This document shows positions 9,155-18,399 of a stretch of 64,000 bases of DNA, one piece after another. The position numbers and the translations under genes are program-made. Positions within the stretch are counted from its first letter, which is position 1. Each line of letters begins with the position of its first letter. Under the pieces are notes generated by a model. That model worked only from the letters and a program-made list of their open reading frames with translations. It ran no database searches and was not told the origin of the DNA. Source of the DNA: Escherichia phage REP4; sequence record OQ174503.1; one strand, 5' to 3'.

Positions 9155-10083
9155 TTCAATACCTCAATAGCATTTCGTAAACCGTCAGCTTTTGCATTCA
9201 GAGCTTTTAATGATTTAGTTTGTTCTGCAATCCGGGCTTCGACTTCTTTCAGACGAGATTTGAGATATTCGCGTTCTTCTCTTAAGTTATCAACTTTTTC
9301 TGCTTTAGGCTCTTTAATAGGCTTAGGCTTATACTCATTAGGGTTCTTCAACTTAATTTGAATGTGAGAACTGTATAACATTGAACCATTATCTTCGGTT
9401 TCATCATACGTTTCTACTACGTCCATGATTCTTAACATCATGCGAAGTTTATAAGACAGCGAACGAATGGTTTTGTTGCGCTTATTAATTTCTTCGGCTT
9501 TCATGGTACCGAGATTACGTGAGTAGTAATAAGGAACCTGGATATCAATTGATAATGATGCGTTACCATTACCGGTTGGTTTGAATACTGCAGTAACCCA
9601 ATCTTTAACATGAACTTTATTTGTACGATCATCGCCGCCTGTGAATAATTTACGTGAATGTTTAAAAAGCATATTCACTTGGTTATTGAATTCACAAGCA
9701 AATTTATCAGCAAATTTAGTTTCAGGAATGGTAGATAACCAATCAGCTAAATGGGTCTTTTTAACATCGTTAACAATAGTAAATTCAACCAAATCAGTTA
9801 TAGATGTCGCAGATTTAATGAAGCTTGGCTTCATAAAGTTTTTAATGTTATCGCGAGCTACAGTAGAAGATAACATACGAGAACGTTTAAACCATTCAAG
9901 CAAATTGCCTAACGAATGAGAATAAGCGTTTTGAGTATCTTTACAGATATGATTTTCCTGGCCAACATATTGAAGGAAATCACGAAGAATATTATTGATT
10001 ACTGCTCTGTGCCCGATTTGATAATTACGGTGTTTAGTAATAAGACTGTCAAAATAATCAATATAATGTTTACGAGTTTTCAT
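9151..10083 (-). CDS. coiled-coil protein, paralog family member 1
   Basis: 310 aa; PKP-rich linker then about 40-aa C-terminal heptad coiled coil ([43 protein letters not shown]). Confidence 0.55.
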   Translation of the reverse strand: MKTRKHYIDYFDSLITKHRNYQIGHRAVINNILRDFLQYVGQENHICKDTQNAYSHSLGNLLEWFKRSRMLSSTVARDNIKNFMKPSFIKSATSITDLVEFTIVNDVKKTHLADWLSTIPETKFADKFACEFNNQVNMLFKHSRKLFTGGDDRTNKVHVKDWVTAVFKPTGNGNASLSIDIQVPYYYSRNLGTMKAEEINKRNKTIRSLSYKLRMMLRIMDVVETYDETEDNGSMLYSSHIQIKLKNPNEYKPKPIKEPKAEKVDNLREEREYLKSRLKEVEARIAEQTKSLKALNAKADGLRNAIEVLK

Positions 10084-10135
10084 GTTCTTCTCACTTGGTT
10101 AATGATTTATACTCCGAGCCATCCTTGGCTTTAAA

Positions 10136-11137
10136 TTACTTAATTAACTGTAAAGCTTGTTCAAGACGATCCAAGCGATTAACAGATTCTTCCCAAATCC
10201 TTTTAGCCTTCTCATATTCTTTCTGTGCTTTATTAGAAATTTCTAGAACTTCCTTATAAGCTTTTTCTAATGCAATAACTTCTGGACGAATTTCTACCGG
10301 TTTAGGCGAATCATCAAGATTATCCATTAGTTCCTCAAGGGTAGTTTCTTCTTTAGGAGTATTCACAATTTCATCACATTTTTGTTGGTAAATTTCTTTA
10401 TCAGTCGGTGAGTACGTACGTTTCACTTCACGAAGGCTAATTATAATTTTATATCCTTCCCAACCACACATATTTTTGAAAGGATATGTATGAATACTTT
10501 TTACGGTTTCCATACAGCCCAAAGCCGCCTCTAATTGATAAGTTATAGTGCTAGCAATTGAGAAAAATTTATTAATATTCTTTTGGTTAGCGTTTGGTGT
10601 AAAAAATCCATAATTCACAAAAATAGCTACTTTATTTTTATCAAGCTCATATTCTTTTACGATAACCATATCAGAAGCCAAAGGATGAATTTGACGATAA
10701 TCGCCATAACATAATTTAGAAGCTGATTTTAGAATCTGTCCTTTGAAAAGCCTGAAATTACTAATCCAACGACGAGTAAAAATATTCTCAGGGTCTTCTT
10801 TATTATTAAGATGATAAGAATTAACATCACCGAACCAATTATATCCTACTACATCTTTAGTTCGTTTAATTTCTTTCCCAAATTTACCAAGAATATCTCT
10901 GTTGACTAAGTATGAAAGAAGACGAGACCCTTTAAAGGTTTTCTTAATGTCATCTTTATCTGTACGACTAGAAATTTCACGAACTTCGTGAATAAATCTG
11001 CTGGAAGAAACAATGCTTACATCAATATTATTGAGCCATTGATTGATAATAGAAAGAACACTATTCTGACTAGACTTAGGTTTAACTTTATCATCAATAA
11101 CGCTATTGAATGATTTGATATATTCGTTACGAGTCAT
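10136..11137 (-). CDS. coiled-coil protein, paralog family member 2
   Basis: Start refined to MTRNEY... behind GAGGAG site; same architecture, C-terminal coiled coil. Confidence 0.55.
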   Translation of the reverse strand: MTRNEYIKSFNSVIDDKVKPKSSQNSVLSIINQWLNNIDVSIVSSSRFIHEVREISSRTDKDDIKKTFKGSRLLSYLVNRDILGKFGKEIKRTKDVVGYNWFGDVNSYHLNNKEDPENIFTRRWISNFRLFKGQILKSASKLCYGDYRQIHPLASDMVIVKEYELDKNKVAIFVNYGFFTPNANQKNINKFFSIASTITYQLEAALGCMETVKSIHTYPFKNMCGWEGYKIIISLREVKRTYSPTDKEIYQQKCDEIVNTPKEETTLEELMDNLDDSPKPVEIRPEVIALEKAYKEVLEISNKAQKEYEKAKRIWEESVNRLDRLEQALQLIK

Positions 11138-11165
11138 ATTAATCTCCTCAGTAGAAAGTAAGAAC

Positions 11166-11194
11166 ATTATACCACATCCTTGTGGCAAAGTAAA
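11166..11194 (-). promoter_or_regulatory. sigma70-type early promoter (-35 TTTACT, 17 bp, TG-extended -10 TATAAT)
   Basis: Consensus hexamers with 17-bp spacer immediately upstream of the 10136-11137 gene. Confidence 0.55.
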
Positions 11195-12217
11195 CTAGTT
11201 CAGTGCATTTAGTGCATTGTTCAGTTTAGAACGTTGCTTCGTGAGATTTTTGACTTTTTCTTGAGCTTTTTCTAGCATCTTTTCAGCTTCTAACACTTCA
11301 TTAGTTGCTTTAACGAGTTCATCATCTACTGCCTTGATAGACTTCTCAATCGCATCCGCGTGCCATTTTTCAACAGGTTTAAGACTCGGATTTTCAACAG
11401 GAAGAAAATTCGCTTTATTGAATTTCCATGCATCCTTATTACCTGAACTATACATCCAAAATTTAGGATCGTTTGATGAGTAATTGGATAAATTTAAGAT
11501 ATCTTGCACTTCTTGCTTTTTCTCTTGCGTGACTTCGTCCTTTCTCAAAAAATCGTATTTAAATGAAACGATCATATCAAGTTCATACGTTGTTGTGTCT
11601 AATTTAAATCGTTCAAAACGAGGTAAAATCTTAGACTGAACAGCGGCAACAACATCCATATACTTAAATGCTTCTGTCAACTGCGATTTAAGGCATTCGC
11701 AAATTGAAAGAGAATTTTTTGTATTAGGTTTAAAGCTAATTCGTGCAGTTCTATTATTTTCTTTTAATGGTCTTACTTCCATCTGAAGAGTATAACCATC
11801 AAATTTCAGATTCTTTAAGTTAATATCAGAACCTTTTAATCGACTCGCAGTTGATAAAATTTGCTTTAATTGTCTACGGAACAGAGCAATAAATCTCCAT
11901 TCAATACGATAATGATTTGGATTGAAAAATCCAGATGATAAATCGACCTTACTTTGACCAACGCCTTGAACAAATAGAGGATTTTTATAATCAATAGTTT
12001 TACAGAAATCGGTGAGCTGCTCACGGGCCGTCATTTGTGTAATATACCCTGCTTTACTAAAATTACGCACCCATTCACTGCTATTCGTATACTTAAAGTG
12101 ATGAATAACACGATTAACTTTATCAGGGTCTAAATTATTTTCACACAAAAATGTCATAACATCACGAGTATAGCTGGCATTACGAACCATATCTTCAATT
12201 TGAGAACGAGTTTTCAT
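11195..12217 (-). CDS. coiled-coil protein, paralog family member 3
   Basis: 340 aa, N-terminus MKTRSQ resembles member 1 (MKTRKH); C-terminal coiled coil. Confidence 0.55.
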   Translation of the reverse strand: MKTRSQIEDMVRNASYTRDVMTFLCENNLDPDKVNRVIHHFKYTNSSEWVRNFSKAGYITQMTAREQLTDFCKTIDYKNPLFVQGVGQSKVDLSSGFFNPNHYRIEWRFIALFRRQLKQILSTASRLKGSDINLKNLKFDGYTLQMEVRPLKENNRTARISFKPNTKNSLSICECLKSQLTEAFKYMDVVAAVQSKILPRFERFKLDTTTYELDMIVSFKYDFLRKDEVTQEKKQEVQDILNLSNYSSNDPKFWMYSSGNKDAWKFNKANFLPVENPSLKPVEKWHADAIEKSIKAVDDELVKATNEVLEAEKMLEKAQEKVKNLTKQRSKLNNALNALN

Positions 12218-12225
12218 GGTATTCC

Positions 12226-13116
12226 TTAAGATTTAAGTAAATCAACGATTTTAATTAACTTTTCACGCTCAGATTTAGCTTTACTACTCAATCCAGATAG
12301 TCTGAAAATTTCATCGTCATATTGTTGAATAGAAATATTCAGCTCTTCAATTTGCTTATTAAAATAATCAATTTGTTCAGAATGTTTTTCGTTACTACGA
12401 ACTGGTACAGGTTTTGTAGGCAATTTAGTTGAACTGGATTCATCCGGGCGATAAATTAAAATACAACTTGAACCAATAGGGCATTTTGCACCAGATGAAT
12501 ATTCTAATGTTCCAGCTTCTTTTAAAACTTCAAAAGCCAAACAGAGATGATGCCCCATATTAACATAATCTGTAGAGTGAGCTCTGATGTAATAATCATC
12601 TCCGCGAATACTGAATTTAAAGCATTTAAGGTCTTCTGTATTATTGGTCTTAAAAATCATTTGTTTATCTAGACCTTTAGCTAATCGAGCGCCTAATGCT
12701 AATAATCGTCGTTGATTTTCCCACAAATCCGTTATCATTTGATCGAATGATAATTTTGGCATTAGTCGACCATAAAGGTCATATCCTTTATTATAATTAC
12801 GAAGGATTTCGCTCGCATTAATACGAGACAACGCTCCAATTTTATTAAGGGCTTTCATAATGCGATTAGATAAACTCATTCCAGACCCGGTTGTTCGCTG
12901 CAAATGTTTTTCTAATCCAAATCCAATATCAACTTTAAACTTATCTAAAATTTCTGCATGAACATCTTTGTCGATAACATTCAAATCCAAAGTTGGGTTA
13001 AATCTATGAAAAAATTTATCTGGCTCTCCACGGCGAAGTACAGTCCATTCATTCATCGTTTTTTTATTAACTAATGATTTAATTACTGCATTGACATTAT
13101 TAATTACTACTGACAT
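12226..13116 (-). CDS. coiled-coil protein, paralog family member 4
   Basis: Start refined to MSVVINNVN...; C-terminal coiled coil (SKAKSEREKLIKIVDLLKS). Confidence 0.5.
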   Translation of the reverse strand: MSVVINNVNAVIKSLVNKKTMNEWTVLRRGEPDKFFHRFNPTLDLNVIDKDVHAEILDKFKVDIGFGLEKHLQRTTGSGMSLSNRIMKALNKIGALSRINASEILRNYNKGYDLYGRLMPKLSFDQMITDLWENQRRLLALGARLAKGLDKQMIFKTNNTEDLKCFKFSIRGDDYYIRAHSTDYVNMGHHLCLAFEVLKEAGTLEYSSGAKCPIGSSCILIYRPDESSSTKLPTKPVPVRSNEKHSEQIDYFNKQIEELNISIQQYDDEIFRLSGLSSKAKSEREKLIKIVDLLKS

Positions 13117-13123
13117 ATTTTCC

Positions 13124-13531
13124 TCACTCAATTTCAATTTTACTAAATACACAGAATATGATTGAACAGACTACATAAGCGCCACACACGGATTGAACTA
13201 ATACCATCCCAAAGAACCAAACAATATTATCAAACAGTGTCTGTTTTACGTCGAAAGGACGTAAACTTACAGTAATATTATCACCCTTTTCTATTGAAGA
13301 ATACATCTCTGGGGAAATATATTCACTAAATCTATAACCGTCTTTAAGTTCATATACGGCAATAAACGATAAACTAGACCCTTTTCCTTGTGTTCCTGTA
13401 ATGGTATTAACTACAGTAACATCATAATCTTTATAATGCATATAATCATTAATTGCGTAATAACCGTATGCAACTACTACACATAAACAACATATCAATA
13501 AATTCAATCTTTTAATTATCAACTGTTTCAT
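13124..13531 (-). CDS. membrane protein
   Basis: 135 aa, N-terminal and C-terminal hydrophobic helices. Confidence 0.5.
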   Translation of the reverse strand: MKQLIIKRLNLLICCLCVVVAYGYYAINDYMHYKDYDVTVVNTITGTQGKGSSLSFIAVYELKDGYRFSEYISPEMYSSIEKGDNITVSLRPFDVKQTLFDNIVWFFGMVLVQSVCGAYVVCSIIFCVFSKIEIE

Positions 13532-13589
13532 AATAATAATCTCAATTAAAAGGGCTTAGAACCATTATACCATCCTTGGTATAAAGCGG

Positions 13590-14117
13590 TTATGCGAGTA
13601 CCGTCTTTAACCGTTCTTCAAACTTCCGAAGAGTATTTTGGCGTTCAGCTCTTTGCTTTTTGTAAGTTTCAATACGCTCTGAAATGAGAGAGTATCGTTC
13701 ATTTACTGATTCTTTCATAAAATCAGGAATTTCACGAGAAGCTTTAATCTCATCAAATTTATCAATAACAGCTTGCTCTTCAGCAATTAAGTTATCATAC
13801 ATTAAAATATCTTTCTTGATGAACTCAATATCTTCTTGAGTTACACGAGATAATTTAGATGCTTTATCCTTTTTGTACTGTTCGTTAGTATCACGAGACC
13901 AGTGTAATGTACGATTTTTATTCGTATTTTTGTAAATTTCGACAATACCAATCTCATCAATAATAACGATCCAATTCCAACGGGATTTGTAAATTTGTCC
14001 TCCATCAACAGTGATTTCACCTCCGATTGAGATGTCGTTAAAGAACTTACTCTGTGCTTCAGATTTAAATTTACCATCGTTGTAATTTACCAGGTTGAAA
14101 ATATCTTTAGCGTTCAT
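13590..14117 (-). CDS. coiled-coil protein (shorter relative of the paralog family)
   Basis: Start refined to MNAKDIF... behind GGAGGA site; the ORF-track N-terminal extension is the promoter and leader read as protein. Confidence 0.55.
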   Translation of the reverse strand: MNAKDIFNLVNYNDGKFKSEAQSKFFNDISIGGEITVDGGQIYKSRWNWIVIIDEIGIVEIYKNTNKNRTLHWSRDTNEQYKKDKASKLSRVTQEDIEFIKKDILMYDNLIAEEQAVIDKFDEIKASREIPDFMKESVNERYSLISERIETYKKQRAERQNTLRKFEERLKTVLA

Positions 14118-14144
14118 TTTTGTTCCTCCGTAGTTGATAGTTGT

Positions 14145-14173
14145 ATAGTACCACAGAGGAACAGTCTTGTAAA
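14145..14173 (-). promoter_or_regulatory. sigma70-type early promoter (-35 TTTACA, 17 bp, -10 TACTAT) with conserved leader ACAACTATCAACTAC
   Basis: Hexamers and spacer on the minus strand; leader runs directly into the ribosome-binding site of the 13590-14117 gene. Confidence 0.55.
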
Positions 14174-14176
14174 CCA

Positions 14177-14479
14177 CTAAAAGAAACTTCTTTCACAATT
14201 TTTTCCACTGAACCATGCGCTCACTGCTTTCTTAGTCTCAGGAGCAGTGTTATCCATAAACCATTCAAAGGCAGCCTTTTTATGATTCTGGAGGGCTTCT
14301 CGGGCTTTAATCTGCTCACGGTCTATTAACACTAACATATGAGCCTTTCTTGTCACCATGGGCTTCTTATGATTTTTTGAATACTCCCAATCATTTGTCC
14401 ATCGCATCGTTGTTGCGAACTGAAATACTGCTTCTTTAATTTTAGTTTCGTAAATTTCACGAGCCTTTGAGTATAACAT
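14177..14479 (-). CDS. hypothetical protein
   Basis: About 100 aa; start refined to second ATG behind GGAGG. Confidence 0.45.
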   Translation of the reverse strand: MLYSKAREIYETKIKEAVFQFATTMRWTNDWEYSKNHKKPMVTRKAHMLVLIDREQIKAREALQNHKKAAFEWFMDNTAPETKKAVSAWFSGKNCERSFF

Positions 14480-14580
14480 CACTACCTCCATTCACCAGTT
14501 TAATTCTAGTCATCTTTTTAATGGCAGTCCATATAATCTATTTCTGAACTGCCTTTTTGTCATAGAAGTCCTCTTATGAA

Positions 14581-15549
14581 TTATTTCAGAAGAGTAACCT
14601 CAGCAATTTCTTCCCAACCGTTTTTGTCGGTCATAATAAAGTCAGCAAGATAAAGAGCAGTACGCAGTGAAACATTGCGTAAACGGTTAACATTAACTTT
14701 CATCCATGATAATGCTTTATAAGTTTCTTCATCAGAAAGACCACGCTTTTGCATCATGTCAGTTGAAAGAATAACATCTTCAACCCTGACCATAATTTCT
14801 TCATTAGTGTGAACACCCAAATCCAAATAAACCGAGCGGGACACTAATGCTTGTAAATGTGGAGCAAGTTTAGTACCACGGTCTAATTCGCGGTCAATGT
14901 CAACGTTTGTGATAAAAACAATCGTTCCTTTAAATTCAAACTCACGCTCAATGCCTTTTTCTTCTAAGTAAGAAGACGCAGTGCTCCAGCAGACTTTACG
15001 GATCTCTCCAGTGTCCAGAGCAGCTTTTAGAAGATTAAGAATGTCCATATCAGAGAAAACATCCACATCATCAATCAAAAGGACAGAATTCTCTTCACGA
15101 TTATTCCAAAGCTGCTCATAAAGACCAATACCAGAGATTTTACCATTAATGCTTTTATATTCAATGTATCCATTATCATTTGCTTTATTTAAAGCTTTAT
15201 CTAAAGAATACGTTTTACCAATACCTGCTGCGCCAGAGATAATTAATGAACGAATATTTCCATTAATAATACCATTCGTCATCATTCCCATAACATTAAA
15301 TCTTTTATTAATGCGGGTTTTCATATCTTCATACGATTCTTTAACTTCTTCAACTTTTACACCATCATATGAAATATCTGATTTGTAAACCCAAACACCG
15401 CGACGTTTACCGTCAATTTCAACAAAAACTTTACCATCTCCTTGTGCATCTACCGGAGCATTATCTGGGAACCATTCGCCTAAGAGCTCAAAAGTTCCAG
15501 AGATTTCTTTACCGAAGTAGATACCCTTATTGATAGTTACAGTTTTCAT
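14581..15549 (-). CDS. P-loop ATPase (AAA-like)
   Basis: Walker A GAAGIGKT and Walker B VLLIDDVD; start refined to MKTVTINKG... behind GGAGAA site, downstream of an early promoter. Confidence 0.6.
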   Translation of the reverse strand: MKTVTINKGIYFGKEISGTFELLGEWFPDNAPVDAQGDGKVFVEIDGKRRGVWVYKSDISYDGVKVEEVKESYEDMKTRINKRFNVMGMMTNGIINGNIRSLIISGAAGIGKTYSLDKALNKANDNGYIEYKSINGKISGIGLYEQLWNNREENSVLLIDDVDVFSDMDILNLLKAALDTGEIRKVCWSTASSYLEEKGIEREFEFKGTIVFITNVDIDRELDRGTKLAPHLQALVSRSVYLDLGVHTNEEIMVRVEDVILSTDMMQKRGLSDEETYKALSWMKVNVNRLRNVSLRTALYLADFIMTDKNGWEEIAEVTLLK

Positions 15550-15583
15550 TTTATTCTCCAAATCCGTATCAGTTGATAGTTGT

Positions 15584-15612
15584 ATAGTACCATAAAGCTT
15601 TATGCCTGTAAA
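15584..15612 (-). promoter_or_regulatory. sigma70-type early promoter with A/T-rich UP-like tract
   Basis: -35 TTTACA, 17 bp, -10 TACTAT, followed by the conserved ACAACTATCAACT leader; T-rich tract upstream. Confidence 0.55.
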
Positions 15613-15640
15613 CCGTTTTGTGAAAAAAAAAAAAATTTGA

Positions 15641-15669
15641 AATAAAAAAAAGGGAGCCCGAAGGCTCCC
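15641..15669 (-). terminator. hairpin terminator (GGGAGCC-UUCG-GGCUCCC + U8)
   Basis: Perfect 7-bp GC stem with tetraloop followed by a long T-run on the transcribed strand, just after the stop of the nucleotidyltransferase gene. Confidence 0.65.
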
Positions 15670-15671
15670 TA

Positions 15672-16685
15672 TCATTTATAATAACTTCGGTGGTTTTCAA
15701 GATAAACCCTCTCAAGGAAGTCATCCCAGAAACCCATGTCTACTTTTTGCTGCATACCGTTCTTAGAAGCTTCAATGGATGCTGCTTCTACTTGATCGAC
15801 CACATCTTCCAAAAACTCTTGAACAGTTTTAAATGGATGTTTACCCAGCTTCACGTCGAGAATAAATGGAGCGTCTTGAAGTGGATAAACTAAGTCACCA
15901 GTTTTGTAAATTTCCAATAGTTGGAGTCCACCACGGCAAGCATGACTAAGAGCTTTCCAGTCAATGCCCTCATTCGCTTCAGCCTTACGAGCACGTTCGC
16001 CGTATTCAGCATCTAATTTGTTCAGTGACTGCTTAAGCTCAATAAGAGAAAGTGTTGTCTGATATTTACGACCCAACACAGTGTAAAACGTTTGTGGACC
16101 TGTTTTCTCATGATTATGGAATACCCATTCGCAGAACTCGTTCTCTGGAAGACGATGCTTAATATCTTCAACTTTAGTTCGACGTTGCTTAATAGAACCA
16201 TCTTCTTGGTAATCAACCCATTGCTCAGGGATTTGATTAACTACTTTCAATACATCACGTAATGCGGCCAAACGAGAACCCTTAACACCATATTTAGAAG
16301 CTTGCTTGCGAACATATCCTAAATAGGATTTCATGTTAGTTGTATAAAACCGTGAACGATTGTCTTGAATAAACTTCCATACATCAGGCAAATCAGATTT
16401 AACTACCAGTTCAGGTGGAGTGTGGAGCATATCCAATGCTACAGTTTCACCATCTGCTGCTAATTTAAAGAAATATTTAAGACTGTATAGTTCATGGTCA
16501 ATATCATCTTTGGTGTTTTTAGATGATGTGTTGTTAGTGTTTTTACTCATATGCTCTTTAACATTTCCGATAAGAATATCACGAGCAGGAGGAACAAAGA
16601 TTTCTTTAAAATCTACATCAGATTCTGGAGTAGAAGTTCCATAAAGATGACTACCGAAATAGCTTTTCATTACTGTTTTCATCAT
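15672..16685 (-). CDS. predicted Pol-beta-superfamily nucleotidyltransferase
   Basis: 337 aa; N-terminal GS...DVD motif (YFGSHLYGTSTPESDVDF) characteristic of the minimal nucleotidyltransferase fold; 4-bp overlap with the ATPase gene. Confidence 0.55.
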   Translation of the reverse strand: MMKTVMKSYFGSHLYGTSTPESDVDFKEIFVPPARDILIGNVKEHMSKNTNNTSSKNTKDDIDHELYSLKYFFKLAADGETVALDMLHTPPELVVKSDLPDVWKFIQDNRSRFYTTNMKSYLGYVRKQASKYGVKGSRLAALRDVLKVVNQIPEQWVDYQEDGSIKQRRTKVEDIKHRLPENEFCEWVFHNHEKTGPQTFYTVLGRKYQTTLSLIELKQSLNKLDAEYGERARKAEANEGIDWKALSHACRGGLQLLEIYKTGDLVYPLQDAPFILDVKLGKHPFKTVQEFLEDVVDQVEAASIEASKNGMQQKVDMGFWDDFLERVYLENHRSYYK

Positions 16686-17143
16686 TCAGCCTTATATTCA
16701 ATAACAGGACATACTTTAGCTTTACGCGCTTTTAAAAATTCGACGATAATAGATTTCTTGGGTTGAATAGGAGGTAAACCTTTATATGCCCTATCAATAT
16801 TTTCTACATGTAAAGCATAATCCTTTTTCCATTTATAATCTTTATATTTTTCATGCAGTTGTGCAGGAATAACAAATGAACCGATAATAAGTAAAACAAG
16901 CAAAATAGCAAGTATAAATGCTGATGGAATAAGAGTCCATAAACTACCAAAAATAAGCCATTTCTGCATGATTTCTGCGCAGATGATAGTTAGACCTGCG
17001 AGTATAGTACATCCGAAAAAAGAAACGAAAAATGTAGGAATAACAATAGACCAAAAATACGCGCACAGTGTCTTAGGTCGTTTCCATTCATCATTAAACA
17101 TTTTGAATAATTTATAGTGCCAAGAGCTTTCATTAATAATCAT
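16682..17143 (-). CDS. multi-pass membrane protein
   Basis: 153 aa with 3-4 predicted transmembrane helices and a basic C-terminus. Confidence 0.5.
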   Translation of the reverse strand: MIINESSWHYKLFKMFNDEWKRPKTLCAYFWSIVIPTFFVSFFGCTILAGLTIICAEIMQKWLIFGSLWTLIPSAFILAILLVLLIIGSFVIPAQLHEKYKDYKWKKDYALHVENIDRAYKGLPPIQPKKSIIVEFLKARKAKVCPVIEYKAE

Positions 17144-17145
17144 AA

Positions 17146-17667
17146 CTATCCTTTCATTGAAGGTGTAACAGTTGTTAAATACTTAATCATAGCTTCAGCT
17201 TCTGATTTTGATAATGAAATTTCTCCATTGTTTTGACGAATAGAAATAAAATCCGGATGACGATCACCACCAGCCTTTAAAACACACATATAAGTATCAG
17301 TTTCATCTTCAATATTTGAAATGATTGAAGCAGTTCCACATGAATGTGGTTTTTGATAAATCAATGCAGCTTTTCTTCCACCGTTTGACTGTTCATAAAC
17401 TTTTAACACATCAAACAAATCACTTCTTTTATCAATAGCTAAGATGTTGTTTTCATCTTCAATGTTAAATCCTTCGGATACTTCATAAAGTGTCACCCAT
17501 AAATCACCTATATCGATAGTAGCATTTCCTTTTCCACGACTTTCAAGAATATGACAAATTTTCTTGATTTCGTCATAACTCATTTTAATAATATCATCTC
17601 CTTGAATAAGGAAGATGTCATTTTTAAATTCAACACGAATTAAACCGCTTTCACTTGAAATAAACAT
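17146..17667 (-). CDS. hypothetical protein, paralog A
   Basis: 173 aa; C-terminal motif SKSEAEAMIKYLTTVTPSM shared with the next ORF. Confidence 0.5.
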   Translation of the reverse strand: MFISSESGLIRVEFKNDIFLIQGDDIIKMSYDEIKKICHILESRGKGNATIDIGDLWVTLYEVSEGFNIEDENNILAIDKRSDLFDVLKVYEQSNGGRKAALIYQKPHSCGTASIISNIEDETDTYMCVLKAGGDRHPDFISIRQNNGEISLSKSEAEAMIKYLTTVTPSMKG

Positions 17668-17673
17668 ATTTCC

Positions 17674-18231
17674 TCACTTTGAAATCATAGTTGGAATGAC
17701 AGAATCAAGATAAGTCTTTAGCGCAATAGCTTCGTCTTTGGTAAATGTGACAATATGTGATCGAAAATCATCAATTTGACGAATAGTTAAGACATCTCCC
17801 TCTTCATAACATTTTGATACATTTAAAAGAGTTTCATCATTCTGATTGCAATCGTTAGTAATAATAGCATTGCAATTTTTGAGCCATTTTAAACTATGTT
17901 TTCTTTCATTAGAATAATAAAAATATTTAATCTTAGCTATAAAACTATCCCAATGAATAACTGATAAACACATTGACTCACTTTTAATATTAAATCCTGG
18001 GCATGAAGAATAAAAATGAATTTTGTGCTCATCATTGATGCTTACTATTTTATCAGTATAAGGATATTCAATTTGGGTTAAATGAATGATTTCACTAGGC
18101 GTAAAATACAGCATATCGTCTTCTTGCGTCAAACGATACATGTTATTTACTTTTTCTATAGCCAATTCACCAAAAAGCGGACTAACTTCTAATACTAATC
18201 GTTTCATATTGATTCTCTTCGACTCACTCAC
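17674..18231 (-). CDS. hypothetical protein, paralog B
   Basis: 185 aa; C-terminal motif TKDEAIALKTYLDSVIPTM. Start is GTG at 18231 (AAGGAG 9 nt upstream) or ATG at 18207. Confidence 0.5.
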   Translation of the reverse strand: MSESKRINMKRLVLEVSPLFGELAIEKVNNMYRLTQEDDMLYFTPSEIIHLTQIEYPYTDKIVSINDEHKIHFYSSCPGFNIKSESMCLSVIHWDSFIAKIKYFYYSNERKHSLKWLKNCNAIITNDCNQNDETLLNVSKCYEEGDVLTIRQIDDFRSHIVTFTKDEAIALKTYLDSVIPTMISK

Positions 18232-18233
18232 AA

Positions 18234-18338
18234 TTACATACTCCTTTGAATAATATCAATAATGTTGTTCACCAGATTATAAGTAAACATTGGGTAATTA
18301 TATTGAATCATCACATACACAACAAACAAAATTTTCAT
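18234..18338 (-). CDS. small hydrophobic peptide (34 aa, not in ORF track)
   Basis: ATG at 18338 behind AAGGAG, first ORF after an early promoter; reads MKILFVVYVMIQYNYPMFTYNLVNNIIDIIQRSM. Confidence 0.35.
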   Translation of the reverse strand: MKILFVVYVMIQYNYPMFTYNLVNNIIDIIQRSM

Positions 18339-18366
18339 TCTCTTCTCCTTGGCAGTTGACAAGATT

Positions 18367-18395
18367 ACTATACCATAACCTTGCCAACTTGTAAA
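18367..18395 (-). promoter_or_regulatory. sigma70-type early promoter (-35 TTTACA, 17 bp, -10 TATAGT)
   Basis: Promoter-family member upstream of the small peptide and paralog genes. Confidence 0.5.
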
Positions 18396-18399
18396 CCAT

